NCBI GenBank assembly: GCA_039028615.1
Contig: JBCCHT010000010.1
Span: 64,001 to 128,000 of the forward strand
DNA: 64,000 bases
Direction of reading: 5' to 3'
From: Myxococcota bacterium
GTDB taxonomy: Bacteria > Myxococcota_A > Polyangia > Nannocystales > Nannocystaceae
The translations under genes and the position numbers were made by a program. Below the pieces are notes generated by a model. The model was given only the letters and a program-made list of their open reading frames with translations, was not told the DNA's origin and did not search any database. Positions 10,029 through 19,672 of this stretch are shown one piece after another. The stretch's first letter is position 1. Every line of letters starts with the position of its first letter.

Positions 10029-10345
10029 GGTGCATGGTTCGACGGCCGGCCCCCGCGAATGACCCACTGCACTTCGCCAACGGTATGTAAAGCGAACGTC
10101 AACGAGGTGGCGAACACGGGGCATGCTGCCCCGGTCGTTGCCCTGTTCCTCGGGCATTTTCGTCAGGGGCGCGTTCGTGACCGGCCGTGGGTAGGTCGGT
10201 GAACGTCGAGGGCGCACGTCCTGGGGATCGCGCCTGTTGCCGAGAAGTCTCGCGTGATTCACGCTGAGGGAACTGGACGATCGGCCAATCATCGCGGCGG
10301 ATCGGTCGGCCGCCGTCGTTCGTCACCGTCCATGCTGGAACCGTC

Positions 10346-11008
10346 GTGAACACCTCCTCTGCCCCTCAGCTCGATGCGGTCTGGCTCGCCCTCGAGCAGA
10401 AGCTCGACGAAGAAGTCGCGCACCCGCGTTGGGCCGCCGAGCGCCCCACGTGGCAGCGCATCACGATGTGCGTGGCCTTGGTGGTGTTGGTGTTCGGAGC
10501 GATGGCGGCATTCAGAGCCAGCGCCGGTCTGGCGTGGCCGACCACCGGGCTCGGGGTGCTCACCGTGGGCGTGGCCATGCTCGCGGTCGTGGTCGCCGTC
10601 GCGGGCGTGCTGCGACCCTTGCATCGAACCCGTCGCTCTCGCTGGCACCTGGTGGGTGTGTTCGTCTTGCTGGTGGCCGCCGTTGCCCTCGAGCTGACGC
10701 CGAGCCGTGCCGTCGAGCACCAGACCGCGCATCACTCTTTCGTCGGCTGCTTCTCCATGGGCATCGCGGCCTCGGCCGCCCTGGTGCTGGCCGTGGGCTG
10801 GTTCCGACGCCGCCCCTTCGTCGGGTGGCTCGACTACGCCGAGGTCGCGGGCGTGGGCGTGGCTGGGGGCCTGCTCGTGCTCACTGCGTTCTGCACGAGC
10901 GGAGAGCATGAGCACGTGCTCCTGGCCCACGGCCTGGCCGCGCTGGCGGCCTTGCTCTGCGGCGCCGCCCTGGCTCGGGCGCGCAACTCCGTCGGCGGCC
11001 TCCGCTGA
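10346..11008 (+). CDS. Multi-pass membrane protein, NrsF/DUF1109-like
   Basis: About 6 hydrophobic segments; GCFSMG and FC....HEHVLLAH Cys/His pattern. Confidence 0.5.
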   Translation: MNTSSAPQLDAVWLALEQKLDEEVAHPRWAAERPTWQRITMCVALVVLVFGAMAAFRASAGLAWPTTGLGVLTVGVAMLAVVVAVAGVLRPLHRTRRSRWHLVGVFVLLVAAVALELTPSRAVEHQTAHHSFVGCFSMGIAASAALVLAVGWFRRRPFVGWLDYAEVAGVGVAGGLLVLTAFCTSGEHEHVLLAHGLAALAALLCGAALARARNSVGGLR

Positions 11009-11010
11009 GT

Positions 11011-11610
11011 TCAGCTCGGCGCGGGGGTCCAGCGTCGCTTCTGCCACTCGAAGGGCAGGATCTGGATGCGGGTGGAGATCGAGCCGTTCCACTCCACCTC
11101 GAGCCCATGCTCGCGCAGCACGGCACAGATCTCGTGCCCCAGGCGGATGCTCTCCGGCTCGTGCGCGTCGCCCTCGACGAACGCCCCGTAGGCCAGGTGG
11201 AGGCCATCGCCTTGCACCCCGCGCTCGACGTCCTGGCGGTGGAAGAAGGTCGCGCCCCAAGCGTCGTCGTCGTAGGCGTGCGCTTCGGCCACGTCGGACC
11301 AACCGTCCGACATCGTGTAGCCCGCGTCCTGCAGGGCGATGATGCCCTTGCCGCGTAGCGCCTCGAAGGCGCTATCCAGACGATCGTTGGCCGTGCGCTC
11401 GGACCACGTCTGCTCGCGCCGCTTCTGTACGTGCAGGCGCTGGCGAGCCTCGGCTAGCAGCGGCTCGACCATCGCATCCCCGGACTCGCGGAACTCGTCG
11501 CGGACCTGCTCCTCGATGGTCTCCATGACCTCCGCCTCCGACCGGTAGCCGCAGCGGACGTGGATGTCGATCTGCTCGTGCAGGAACTCGAGGAGCTGTG
11601 CCTTGTTCAC
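11011..11610 (-). CDS. DUF6891-like hypothetical protein
   Basis: AGYTMSDG, FFHRQDVE, L.LAYG and GL.VEWNGS...RI motifs. Confidence 0.7.
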   Translation of the reverse strand: MNKAQLLEFLHEQIDIHVRCGYRSEAEVMETIEEQVRDEFRESGDAMVEPLLAEARQRLHVQKRREQTWSERTANDRLDSAFEALRGKGIIALQDAGYTMSDGWSDVAEAHAYDDDAWGATFFHRQDVERGVQGDGLHLAYGAFVEGDAHEPESIRLGHEICAVLREHGLEVEWNGSISTRIQILPFEWQKRRWTPAPS

Positions 11611-11661
11611 GGTTGCCAGGTATCGCCTCCACCGGGAGGATTGGCAACGGGGCGGCCGCCT

Positions 11662-12498
11662 TCAGGCTTTCGCGTCGCCGATGCGCTCGATCACCCAGAA
11701 CACGGTGGAGCTGCGGCCGTCGCTCACGGGGCCGCGTTCGTAGGGCACCAGCCCGTGGCGCTCGCCGGCCTCGACGGAGGCCACCGCGGCGGCACCTCGG
11801 CTCAGCGGCAGCGCGGCCACGAGCCGGGCCGCGGCGCTGGTGGACGAGGCGTCGACGGTGGTGGCGTCGGCGTAGTCGGTGGCGAGCCGCTCCCGGCACT
11901 GCGCCAGGGCCTCGGGCTTGGAGTGGACCTCGCGGATCTCGGTGGTGCCGGGTCGCACGAGCAGCACGAGCTCGATGTCGCGGACCAAGGCCTCGCGCAC
12001 GCGCAGGGTGGGGTGGCGGGTGAGGGCCTCGCGGGTCTCCTCGACGGGGCCGATGAGGGTGTTGTCGGCGGGCACCACCCCTTGGCTCGCGCGGCCCTCG
12101 GCCACCGCCTCGAAGACTTCGCTGAGGCTGCCGCAGAACTCCATGGGGGCATGGGCGCCGAAGCGGCTGGCGGCGGTGAGGCTGGAGAAGGAACCCTGCG
12201 GACCCAGGCAGGCGACGCGCTCGACGGCTTGCACCCGACGACAGGCCTCGATGACGCGGGTCATGATGGCGGACAGCTCGTCGTTGCCCAGCGGGCCGCG
12301 GTTGCCGTCGCAGAGCCGGCGGTAGACCTCGGCTTCGCGAGCGTCGTTGCGCACGGGCAGGCCGAGGTCGCGCTTGAGCTCGCCGATCTCGGTGGCGTGC
12401 CGGGCCCGGTAGGCGAGCAGCTGTTGCAGCTCGTCGTCGACGGAATCGATGGCCGAGCGGAGGCTCTGCAGGCGATTGGCAGGGTTGGCGGTGCTCAT
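11662..12498 (-). CDS. pheA: Chorismate mutase / prephenate dehydratase-like protein without the C-terminal ACT domain
   Basis: N-terminal AroQ motif LR..IDSVD..L..LL..R; PDT motifs VACLGPQGSFS and EALAQC; only 278 aa. Confidence 0.8.
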   Translation of the reverse strand: MSTANPANRLQSLRSAIDSVDDELQQLLAYRARHATEIGELKRDLGLPVRNDAREAEVYRRLCDGNRGPLGNDELSAIMTRVIEACRRVQAVERVACLGPQGSFSSLTAASRFGAHAPMEFCGSLSEVFEAVAEGRASQGVVPADNTLIGPVEETREALTRHPTLRVREALVRDIELVLLVRPGTTEIREVHSKPEALAQCRERLATDYADATTVDASSTSAAARLVAALPLSRGAAAVASVEAGERHGLVPYERGPVSDGRSSTVFWVIERIGDAKA

Positions 12499-12502
12499 GG
12501 CT

Positions 12503-13432
12503 TCAACGTCCCCCGGCGGCGCGACCGAGCATGTTCACCGAGCCCAACGAGGGCGCGACGAGGCCGAGGTCGCGGGCCAAGTCGTGCCACATGGGAAGGG
12601 TGAGCGCCTGCGGGCCGTCGGACAGCGCTCGCGCCGGGTTGGGGTGAATCTCGATGATGAGGCCATCGGCACCCACGGCCCGGGCGGCGCGGGCGAGGGC
12701 AGGCACGTAGCGGCGGTCGCCCGCGGCATGGCTCGGATCGACGATGACCGGCAGGTGGGTGCGCTCCTGGAGCACGGGGATGGCCGATAGATCGAGCGTG
12801 GTGCGGGTGGCCGACTCGAAGGTGCGGATGCCTCGCTCGCACAGGATGACGTTGGGGTTGCCCCGGGCCAGGATGTGCTCGGCCGCCCACAGCAGCTCGT
12901 CGAGCGTGGAGCCCATGCCGCGCTTGAGTACGACCGGGGTCTCGCCGCGCCCCACCGCCTCGAGCAGGGCATAGTTCTGCATGTTGCGAGCGCCGATCTG
13001 GAGAGCATCGACGTACTCGGCCACCACGGGGACGAGCTCGGGGGCCATGACCTCGCTGATGACGCCGAGGCCACGGGCGCGGCCGACATCGCGCAGCATC
13101 TCGAGGCCGGTGACGCCCAGGCCCTGGAAGCTGTAGGGCGAGGTCCGGGGCTTGTAGGCGCCGCCGCGCAAGAGCTTGGCGCCCGCGCTCCAGACCGCGT
13201 CGGCCACCGTCTCGAGCGTGCCGAGGTCTTCGATGGCGCAGGGGCCGGCAATGACCTGGCAGCCTCCACCCCCGATGGAGACGTCGCCCACGCGGACCCG
13301 CGTGGTCTTGGCGTTGGCACCCGAGGCATGCAGCGGCACCTCGGGGCGCGGTAAGGGGGCTGGGCGTAGTCCCGCCGGGTCGTGGATGTCGACGCGCTGC
13401 GTCTCGGAGAGGCTCGTGGTGGTGGAAGGCAT
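12503..13432 (-). CDS. aroF: 3-deoxy-D-arabino-heptulosonate 7-phosphate synthase, class I-beta
   Basis: [52 protein letters not shown]. Confidence 0.95.
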   Translation of the reverse strand: MPSTTTSLSETQRVDIHDPAGLRPAPLPRPEVPLHASGANAKTTRVRVGDVSIGGGGCQVIAGPCAIEDLGTLETVADAVWSAGAKLLRGGAYKPRTSPYSFQGLGVTGLEMLRDVGRARGLGVISEVMAPELVPVVAEYVDALQIGARNMQNYALLEAVGRGETPVVLKRGMGSTLDELLWAAEHILARGNPNVILCERGIRTFESATRTTLDLSAIPVLQERTHLPVIVDPSHAAGDRRYVPALARAARAVGADGLIIEIHPNPARALSDGPQALTLPMWHDLARDLGLVAPSLGSVNMLGRAAGGR

Positions 13433-13438
13433 GGGTCG

Positions 13439-13491
13439 TTCTTCTGGGATCGGGGGGAGGGCGGGAGGCCCGGGTTTTCGACCCAGAAGAA
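13439..13491 (-). promoter_or_regulatory. RBS-sequestering hairpin in the aroF leader
   Basis: Perfect 10-bp inverted repeat TTCTTCTGGG/CCCAGAAGAA; its 3' arm is the purine-rich segment 6 nt before the ATG. Confidence 0.5.
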
Positions 13492-13800
13492 GGACTATTG
13501 CCGTGTCCCCGGGTCGCCTTCGGTGCCGTTTGCACCGGAAGCTCCGCCGGGAAGTCGAGGTTGGGGACGCGCTACGCTCCGCGCCCGGCCTCGCCCCCAA
13601 ACGGAGCGTGGCTAAACACAAAGAAAAAGCGTTGCGAGGACAGGGCCATCGGTGCGTCCAAATTCGTCGTAGCACTCGGGCCCACACCAAGCAAGACAAA
13701 AAGGCCCTACGGCTTCGCCCCGAAACGGGCGGAAGCGAATCAACCGGGGTGAATTACCGGCAAATCCCCGGGTCGGGAAGGCCGCTTCACCGCATGCACT

Positions 13801-14775
13801 TCAACGGCATACTTCGTTGAAGTTGCCTTCTTCATCCAAGATGAACAGGCATGCATCGAGCCCGTTTTCCGGCTGCTCGACGTCGGAGCAGCACTGCAAG
13901 CTCGACAGCGTGGGGCAGGGCGCACCGCTCTTGATGCAGCAGGGTTGCTCGAGATCGAGCGGGATGAGCTCGAGGCAATCGGCGGAGCACTCGATGATGG
14001 GCCGCGTGCTCGGGTTGTTCTGCGAGCAGGCCGAGGTCGCGAACTGACGCTCGAGCGAGGGGGCGTCGAAGCTGGTGCCGTCGCACTTTTCGGGCAGAGC
14101 CTGCTGCGACCCCTCGAAGTCGACGTCGAGCGAGTCGTCGACGCGCCCGTTGCCGCAGTAGTTGCACCCGGTGCGGTTCCATCGACAGTTGTCGTCGCAC
14201 TCGCCGGGCGTGCCCGCCGTATAGGGAATGTTCTCGAAGGGGGAGTCGAGGTCGACGCAGGGCGGCTTGCCCATGGTCAGGGTGCCGCCGTCGCTGTTGG
14301 GGTCGCACTCCTCGCCCGGGTCGAGCCGGCCATTGCCGCAGTCGCGGCACTCGCTGTAGTCGTAGAGGCAGCTGGTGGTGCACTGCAGCGTGCCCACGCC
14401 GCCCAGGCAGCTGCGGCCGTTGAGTTCGTCGCCGTCGCACTGCTCGCCGACGACCTCGTCGACCCGGCCATCGCCACACACGGCGCACTGCTCGACGTCG
14501 ATGATGAGCTCGCAGGTGATCGGGTCGCACGCCCCCTCGCCGTCGGGACGACTGGTGGTGACGCACTTGTTGAGGAAGCTGTCCGGGTCGCCCGGGTCGC
14601 ACTCTTCGCCCGCCTCGACGTCGTGGTAGCCGTCGCCGCAGGACGGGCCGACGGGGAGCTCGAGCAGGCACGACACGTTGGTCGCGATGCCCAGGCCGAG
14701 CATCGCCGCGAGTATCCCCAGTCGGGCTCCAGGAGCCGACAGGGCCTCGACGGCATATGAAACCCGCCCGGACAT
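13801..14775 (-). CDS. Myxobacterial cysteine-rich repeat protein (probable lipoprotein)
   Basis: Four CG[DN]G...E.CD repeats; hydrophobic N-terminus ending NVSC. Confidence 0.8.
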   Translation of the reverse strand: MSGRVSYAVEALSAPGARLGILAAMLGLGIATNVSCLLELPVGPSCGDGYHDVEAGEECDPGDPDSFLNKCVTTSRPDGEGACDPITCELIIDVEQCAVCGDGRVDEVVGEQCDGDELNGRSCLGGVGTLQCTTSCLYDYSECRDCGNGRLDPGEECDPNSDGGTLTMGKPPCVDLDSPFENIPYTAGTPGECDDNCRWNRTGCNYCGNGRVDDSLDVDFEGSQQALPEKCDGTSFDAPSLERQFATSACSQNNPSTRPIIECSADCLELIPLDLEQPCCIKSGAPCPTLSSLQCCSDVEQPENGLDACLFILDEEGNFNEVCR

Positions 14776-14837
14776 GTGTCTACAGGGTAGCAGCCCTGTC
14801 CCGTCGCTGTGAGCGCAGCATGGCGACTGACCCACCG

Positions 14838-15617
14838 TCACGGGGCCGGCTCGGCGTGACCGCCGAGACGTTGGATTTCGTTGCGAGTTTTACGAGGATC
14901 GTTGGTCAGCACGGCATCGACTCCGAGCGCCAGCCAGCGATCGAGATGACCGGGTGAGTGCAGGTGCGGGTCGAGCGGACACACCCGTTGTCCCCGGGCT
15001 TGCGCGGCCGCGACATAGCCCGGCGAGACTCGCAGCAGCGGCCACCATGGACCCAGCATGTCCACGTCCTTGGCGCCCCGAAGCCCTCGCATGGAGATGT
15101 GCCCCGTGACGAGGCCGGGCGCGATTTTCTTAACCTTTCGCAACAATCGTAGGTCGAAGGTGATGATGCCGGCTCGTCGCTCTCGGGCGCGCGCACCCAG
15201 GACTTCGAGCAGCGTGGCGATGGGGCCGGGGTGGGCGAGCAGCGGATCCTTGATCTCGAGGATGACGGGGACGTGGTCGGGCACGAGCTCGAGCAGCTCG
15301 GCCAGCCGCGGGATGCCCTCGCGGTCACCCTTGCCCACGTCGTCGTGCACCCGCAGCGTGGCGAGCTGCTTGGCGGAGCACTGACTGACTCGGCGAGGAT
15401 CGCCGGTCGTGCGCAGCAGCGTGGGATCGTGGTGACAGACGATCTCGCCATCGGAGCTGAGCCACAAATCGGTCTCGAGCAGGTCGGCGCCATGTTCGAG
15501 CGCGAGCGCGAACGACTCCAGCGTGTTCTCCGGCGCCAGGTCGCACGCGCCGCGGTGGGCCATGACCCAGGGGCGGGGGCGTCCGGGGATCTCGAGCGAG
15601 TCGCGGGGCGAGGGCAC
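14838..15617 (-). CDS. Glycerophosphodiester phosphodiesterase (start uncertain)
   Basis: AHRG, PENTL, LETD, HD.TL.RTT, EIK and GVDAVLTNDP motifs. Confidence 0.9.
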   Translation of the reverse strand: MPSPRDSLEIPGRPRPWVMAHRGACDLAPENTLESFALALEHGADLLETDLWLSSDGEIVCHHDPTLLRTTGDPRRVSQCSAKQLATLRVHDDVGKGDREGIPRLAELLELVPDHVPVILEIKDPLLAHPGPIATLLEVLGARARERRAGIITFDLRLLRKVKKIAPGLVTGHISMRGLRGAKDVDMLGPWWPLLRVSPGYVAAAQARGQRVCPLDPHLHSPGHLDRWLALGVDAVLTNDPRKTRNEIQRLGGHAEPAP

Positions 15618-15684
15618 CGGGGCCGAGATTGGCGCGGGTCGAGGCGGCTGTCGAGCGGACGGGATGTTTCCTATAGTCCCCGCC

Positions 15685-16707
15685 ATGCCCTTGGCGAACA
15701 CCACGTTCCTCGATGCCTGCGCGGGTAAGCGGCCTGCTCATACCCCGGTCTGGGTCATGCGCCAGGCAGGGCGCTACCTGCCGGAGTACCGGGCGATTCG
15801 GGCCAAGGTCTCGTTCGAGGAGCTGTGTCGCCGGCCCGACCTGTGTGCCGAGGTCACCCGACAGCCGCTCGATCGCTTCGGGCTCGATGCCGCGATCTTG
15901 TTTTCCGACATCCTCACCGTCTTCGATGCGATGGGGGCGAAGGTCGAGTTCAAGCCCGCGCCGGCCGTGGCGGATCCCGTGCGCAATGCCGCCGACGTGG
16001 CCCGGCTGACCTTCGGCAAGGCCGACGACCACCTGGGCTTCGTGTACGACGCGGTCACGGCCTGCAAGAAGGAACTCGCCGATCGAGTGCCGCTCATCGG
16101 CTTTTGTGGCGCGCCCTTTACCACCGCCAGTTATCTGATCGAGGGCGGGCCGACCAAGGACTTCTTGCACACCAAGAGCATGGCGTTCACCGAACCCGCG
16201 CTCTTCGGCGGCTTGCTCGAGTCGATCACCACCGTGCTGGTCGACTACCTCGCGGGTCAGGTGCGGGCGGGCGTCGACGCGCTGCAGATCTTCGAGAGCT
16301 GGGGCGCGGCGCTGACCCCCGATGACTACCGGGTGCACGTGCTGCCGCACGTGAAGCGCCTGGTCACCGAGGCCAACAAGCACGGCGTGCCCGTGATCTT
16401 GTTCGTGCGCGGCAACGCCAGCTTGCTCGAGCTCATCACCGATCTGGGCGCCGACGTGCTGGGCATCGACTGGAGCATCGAGCTCGGTCGGGCCATCGAC
16501 GTGGTGGGCACGCATCAGGTGGTGCAGGGGAACCTCGATCCCATCGCCTTGTTCGCGCCGCCCGAGCAGCTGCAAGCGCGCGCACGCGCGGTCGTGGAGG
16601 CGGGTCGCAAGGCGAAGGCGCACATCTTCAACCTCGGGCACGGAATCTCGCGACACACCGACCCCGAGGCGATGAAGCTGTTGGTCGATACCGTCCACTC
16701 CGCGTGA
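15685..16707 (+). CDS. hemE: Uroporphyrinogen decarboxylase
   Basis: PVWVMRQAGRYLPEY, DAAILFSDIL, QGNLDP, HIFNLGHG. Confidence 0.97.
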   Translation: MPLANTTFLDACAGKRPAHTPVWVMRQAGRYLPEYRAIRAKVSFEELCRRPDLCAEVTRQPLDRFGLDAAILFSDILTVFDAMGAKVEFKPAPAVADPVRNAADVARLTFGKADDHLGFVYDAVTACKKELADRVPLIGFCGAPFTTASYLIEGGPTKDFLHTKSMAFTEPALFGGLLESITTVLVDYLAGQVRAGVDALQIFESWGAALTPDDYRVHVLPHVKRLVTEANKHGVPVILFVRGNASLLELITDLGADVLGIDWSIELGRAIDVVGTHQVVQGNLDPIALFAPPEQLQARARAVVEAGRKAKAHIFNLGHGISRHTDPEAMKLLVDTVHSA

Positions 16708-16810
16708 GTCCAGCCGCCGGGCTTGCTGCGGGCGGGCCGGGTTCATCAAAGGACGGTGTACGGCGTCCCGACCTCGAACCGAGGCGGGCGTGGAATGGTA
16801 GACACGTGGC

Positions 16811-17608
16811 ATGCGTATCCACGGCGCCATGACACGAAGCGGGCATCATCTGAGTGGGCTGCTGGCCATGTTGCTGATCGTCGGATGTGACGACGGTGGT
16901 TCGAAGGCGTCGGGAGCTCCCAAGACCGCGGCCGCATCCGCGAAGAAGGCGGACGGCAAAGACAAAGCTCCGGCAGGCAAAGCCGCGATGCCGAAGCCGG
17001 CGGAGGTCAAGACGGCCGATGCCAAGGCGGACACACCAGCGGCGACGCCCACCCCGACGCCGGCCGAGGCTCCGCCCCCTGCGGCCGAGCCCGCGGTCGA
17101 GCCGGCCGCCGACTCGGCGGGGGAGCCCGAGCCCGATCCCGCGGCGGATCCCACCGCGCTGGTCGAGCCGGCTGGTGACGAAGACTCCGGCGGACCCGAG
17201 GACGATCCGGCGGCGGCCGACGATGGTGCGGCCACGGCCGACGGCGCGGAGCTCAACGACATCGACGCGGGCAACAGCACCACCTTGCTGCGAGTCGTGC
17301 TCGCCCACGACATGGAGAACCGGCAGCCGGTCGATCCGGCGGTCTCGTTCCCGCTGGGGCAGAAGGTCAACCTGTTCATCGAGGCTCGCAACGAGGGGAC
17401 CGAGGAGCACTCCGTGCGGGTGACCTGGGAGAAGGTGAGCAACGGGCGGCGCAGCGCGCCGACCACCGTGCGGGTTCCCACTCGCCGCAAGCTCCACCGG
17501 ACGCGCGCCTACCGGACGATCAAGCGCGCGGGCGAGTACAAGGCCATCGTGCTGGGCGCGGGCGACGAAGAGCTCGCCGTGCTGCCCTTCACCGTGCGCG
17601 AGAGCTAG
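16811..17608 (+). CDS. DUF2914-domain lipoprotein with Pro/Ala-rich linker
   Basis: Lipobox IVGC, low-complexity linker, C-terminal Ig-like domain (RTRAYRTIKRAGEYKAIV). Confidence 0.7.
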   Translation: MRIHGAMTRSGHHLSGLLAMLLIVGCDDGGSKASGAPKTAAASAKKADGKDKAPAGKAAMPKPAEVKTADAKADTPAATPTPTPAEAPPPAAEPAVEPAADSAGEPEPDPAADPTALVEPAGDEDSGGPEDDPAAADDGAATADGAELNDIDAGNSTTLLRVVLAHDMENRQPVDPAVSFPLGQKVNLFIEARNEGTEEHSVRVTWEKVSNGRRSAPTTVRVPTRRKLHRTRAYRTIKRAGEYKAIVLGAGDEELAVLPFTVRES

Positions 17609-17719
17609 CGGGCTCCACACGGCCTTTTTGAAGCGAATGACGCCGGGGCTCGTGCCTCGGCGTCGTCAATTGGGGCGAGTGCGTGCGCCCGGCCGCAAGT
17701 TGTGGCAAACACGCGGCGT

Positions 17720-18826
17720 ATGAGTGCGGCTGCAGGCGACGACGCGTGGACGGTGGGTCGCCTGCTGTCGTGGACCCAGCAGCGCTTTTCCGAGGTGGGC
17801 ATCGAGTCGCCGCGGGTCGACGCGGAGCACCTGCTGGCCTTCGCTCTGTCGTGCTCGCGCATGAGCTTGTACGTCGAGCACGGCAAGGTGGTCGAGGCGG
17901 ACGAGCGCGGCCGCTTTCGCGAGCTGGTCAAGCGTCGCCTGAGCCGCGAGCCCGTGGCGTACATCGAAGGCAAGCGGGGCTTTCATGCGCTCGACCTCGA
18001 GCTGCAGGTGGATCGTCGCGTGCTCATTCCGCGACCGGAGACCGAGCACTTGGTCGACTGGATGCTCGAGGAGCTGCCCGAGTGGGACCAGCCGCAGGGC
18101 GAGCCGGCGGATGCGGAGCTCGAGGTCTGGGATGGCGATCGCGAGCCCGAGGTGGCGATCGAGCCCGGGGCCGAGACCTATGTCGTGCTCGACGAGGACC
18201 CCCGGCAGGCGCTGGGCGACGCGGGCGAGGCCGAGAGCGAGCCCGGCCCGGAGACGGGCGCGACCCCGGAGGCTTCGACCGGAGCCGCGGCGCGGGCCGA
18301 GCTGCCCCCCGATCCTCGCGCCGTGCTCGATGTGGGCACGGGCTCGGGTGCGATCGCGCTCGCGCTCAAGCGAGCCCGCCCCACGATGCGCGTCGTGGCC
18401 TGCGACGTCAGCGAAGACGTCATCGCCGTCGCCCGCGGCAACATCCGGCGACTCGAGCTGGACATCGAAGTCCACCGCTCCGATCTGCTGGCCGGGCTTG
18501 TTCCGCCGCCGGGCGGGTGGTCGGCCATCGCCGCCAACCTTCCATACATTCCCGAGGCGGTCTGGCGTGACCTGGCTCCGGAGGTGCAGCGCTTCGAGCC
18601 ACGACTCGCGCTCGATGGCGGCGACGATGGTTTGGATCTACTGCGCAAGCTCGTGCACGATGCCCCCGATCACCTCGCGCCGGGCGGAGGCCTGTACCTG
18701 GAGATCGGCTACGACCAGGGCGAGTCCGTGCCCGAATTGCTGCGAGGACGGGGATTCGCCGACGTCACCCTGCGCCGCGATCTCGCCGGACACCCCCGCA
18801 TCGTTCGCGGGCGCTGGGACGGCTAG
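17720..18826 (+). CDS. prmC: Release factor glutamine methyltransferase PrmC/HemK, with internal insertion
   Basis: REPVAYI.G, VLIPRPETE, LDVGTGSGAIA, NLPYI, EP.LALDGG.DGL, EIGYDQG. Confidence 0.95.
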   Translation: MSAAAGDDAWTVGRLLSWTQQRFSEVGIESPRVDAEHLLAFALSCSRMSLYVEHGKVVEADERGRFRELVKRRLSREPVAYIEGKRGFHALDLELQVDRRVLIPRPETEHLVDWMLEELPEWDQPQGEPADAELEVWDGDREPEVAIEPGAETYVVLDEDPRQALGDAGEAESEPGPETGATPEASTGAAARAELPPDPRAVLDVGTGSGAIALALKRARPTMRVVACDVSEDVIAVARGNIRRLELDIEVHRSDLLAGLVPPPGGWSAIAANLPYIPEAVWRDLAPEVQRFEPRLALDGGDDGLDLLRKLVHDAPDHLAPGGGLYLEIGYDQGESVPELLRGRGFADVTLRRDLAGHPRIVRGRWDG

Positions 18827-18907
18827 ACCGCCGCGTTGGGCCCGCGCGGTTGCCCGTTTGTGCGGAAAACTTGGAGCGGCTCCTGGTCGAGCCGTAGCGT
18901 CGCGGTC

Positions 18908-19555
18908 ATGGCCACGAATGCGCTGGGTCCGCGATTGGTTCTCGCTCTCGCGATGTTGGCGGGCAGCACCGCCTGCGCCACCGGGGACGGGATGCAAAAC
19001 AAGCTGCGGGACGCCTCGTCGGCCTACAACCGCTCGATGCGCTGGGGCGACTTCGATCGTGCGGCGGGCTATCTGCCCGGGTCCTCCCAGCCCGCGTTCT
19101 TGGCCTCGCACGACGAGGTCTCCGACGATCTGATCATCGTCGACTACGAGCTCACCCGGCTCGATCTCGACAAGGCCTCGGGTATCGCCTCCTCACGGGC
19201 CGAGATCACCTGGCACACCGACCGGCGGTTGATCCTGGAGACCACCACCGTGGATCAGCTGTGGCAGTGGCATCAGGGCAACTTCGTACTGGTGGACGAG
19301 CGGCGTTCCGGCGGCAAGCCGCTGGGGATCTTCGCGGAGCCCGGTGAGGATGTGCATCCGTACTTGCCGGGGCTGGCCGCGTATCGAGAGCTGCACGGCA
19401 TCGGCAAGGACGAAAAGCAGCTTCGGAAGGAACGACGTCGGGATCGGCGGGAGGGCAAACAAGCGCCCGCGGCCGCACCCAGTGGCCCTGCCTCGGCGGC
19501 TGCGTTGGCGCTCGATGCTCCCCCGGACAGGGCCGGTTCGGGACAGAACCCCTAG
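18908..19555 (+). CDS. Hypothetical lipoprotein
   Basis: Lipobox STAC; YNRSMRWGDF..A motif; host-like codon usage. Confidence 0.7.
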   Translation: MATNALGPRLVLALAMLAGSTACATGDGMQNKLRDASSAYNRSMRWGDFDRAAGYLPGSSQPAFLASHDEVSDDLIIVDYELTRLDLDKASGIASSRAEITWHTDRRLILETTTVDQLWQWHQGNFVLVDERRSGGKPLGIFAEPGEDVHPYLPGLAAYRELHGIGKDEKQLRKERRRDRREGKQAPAAAPSGPASAAALALDAPPDRAGSGQNP

Positions 19556-19672
19556 TGCCCATCGCGATCGGCTTTGCTCACTTCGCGATGGCTTCGGGGC
19601 GTTGTGCCCCGAGTGCTCGAAGGGGTGGGTGAAGGTGGTTCTGATCGAGAAAACGGCGTACAGTTGTTCGAG

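Noticed and set aside
10108..10124. Possible sigma-54 promoter (TGGC-N9-GC)
   Set aside because: GG-N10-GC spacing fits, but the TTGC and CACG consensus bases are absent; too weak in GC-rich DNA
18082..18312. Intein in PrmC
   Set aside because: No N-terminal Cys/Ser block or C-terminal His-Asn; low-complexity and too short
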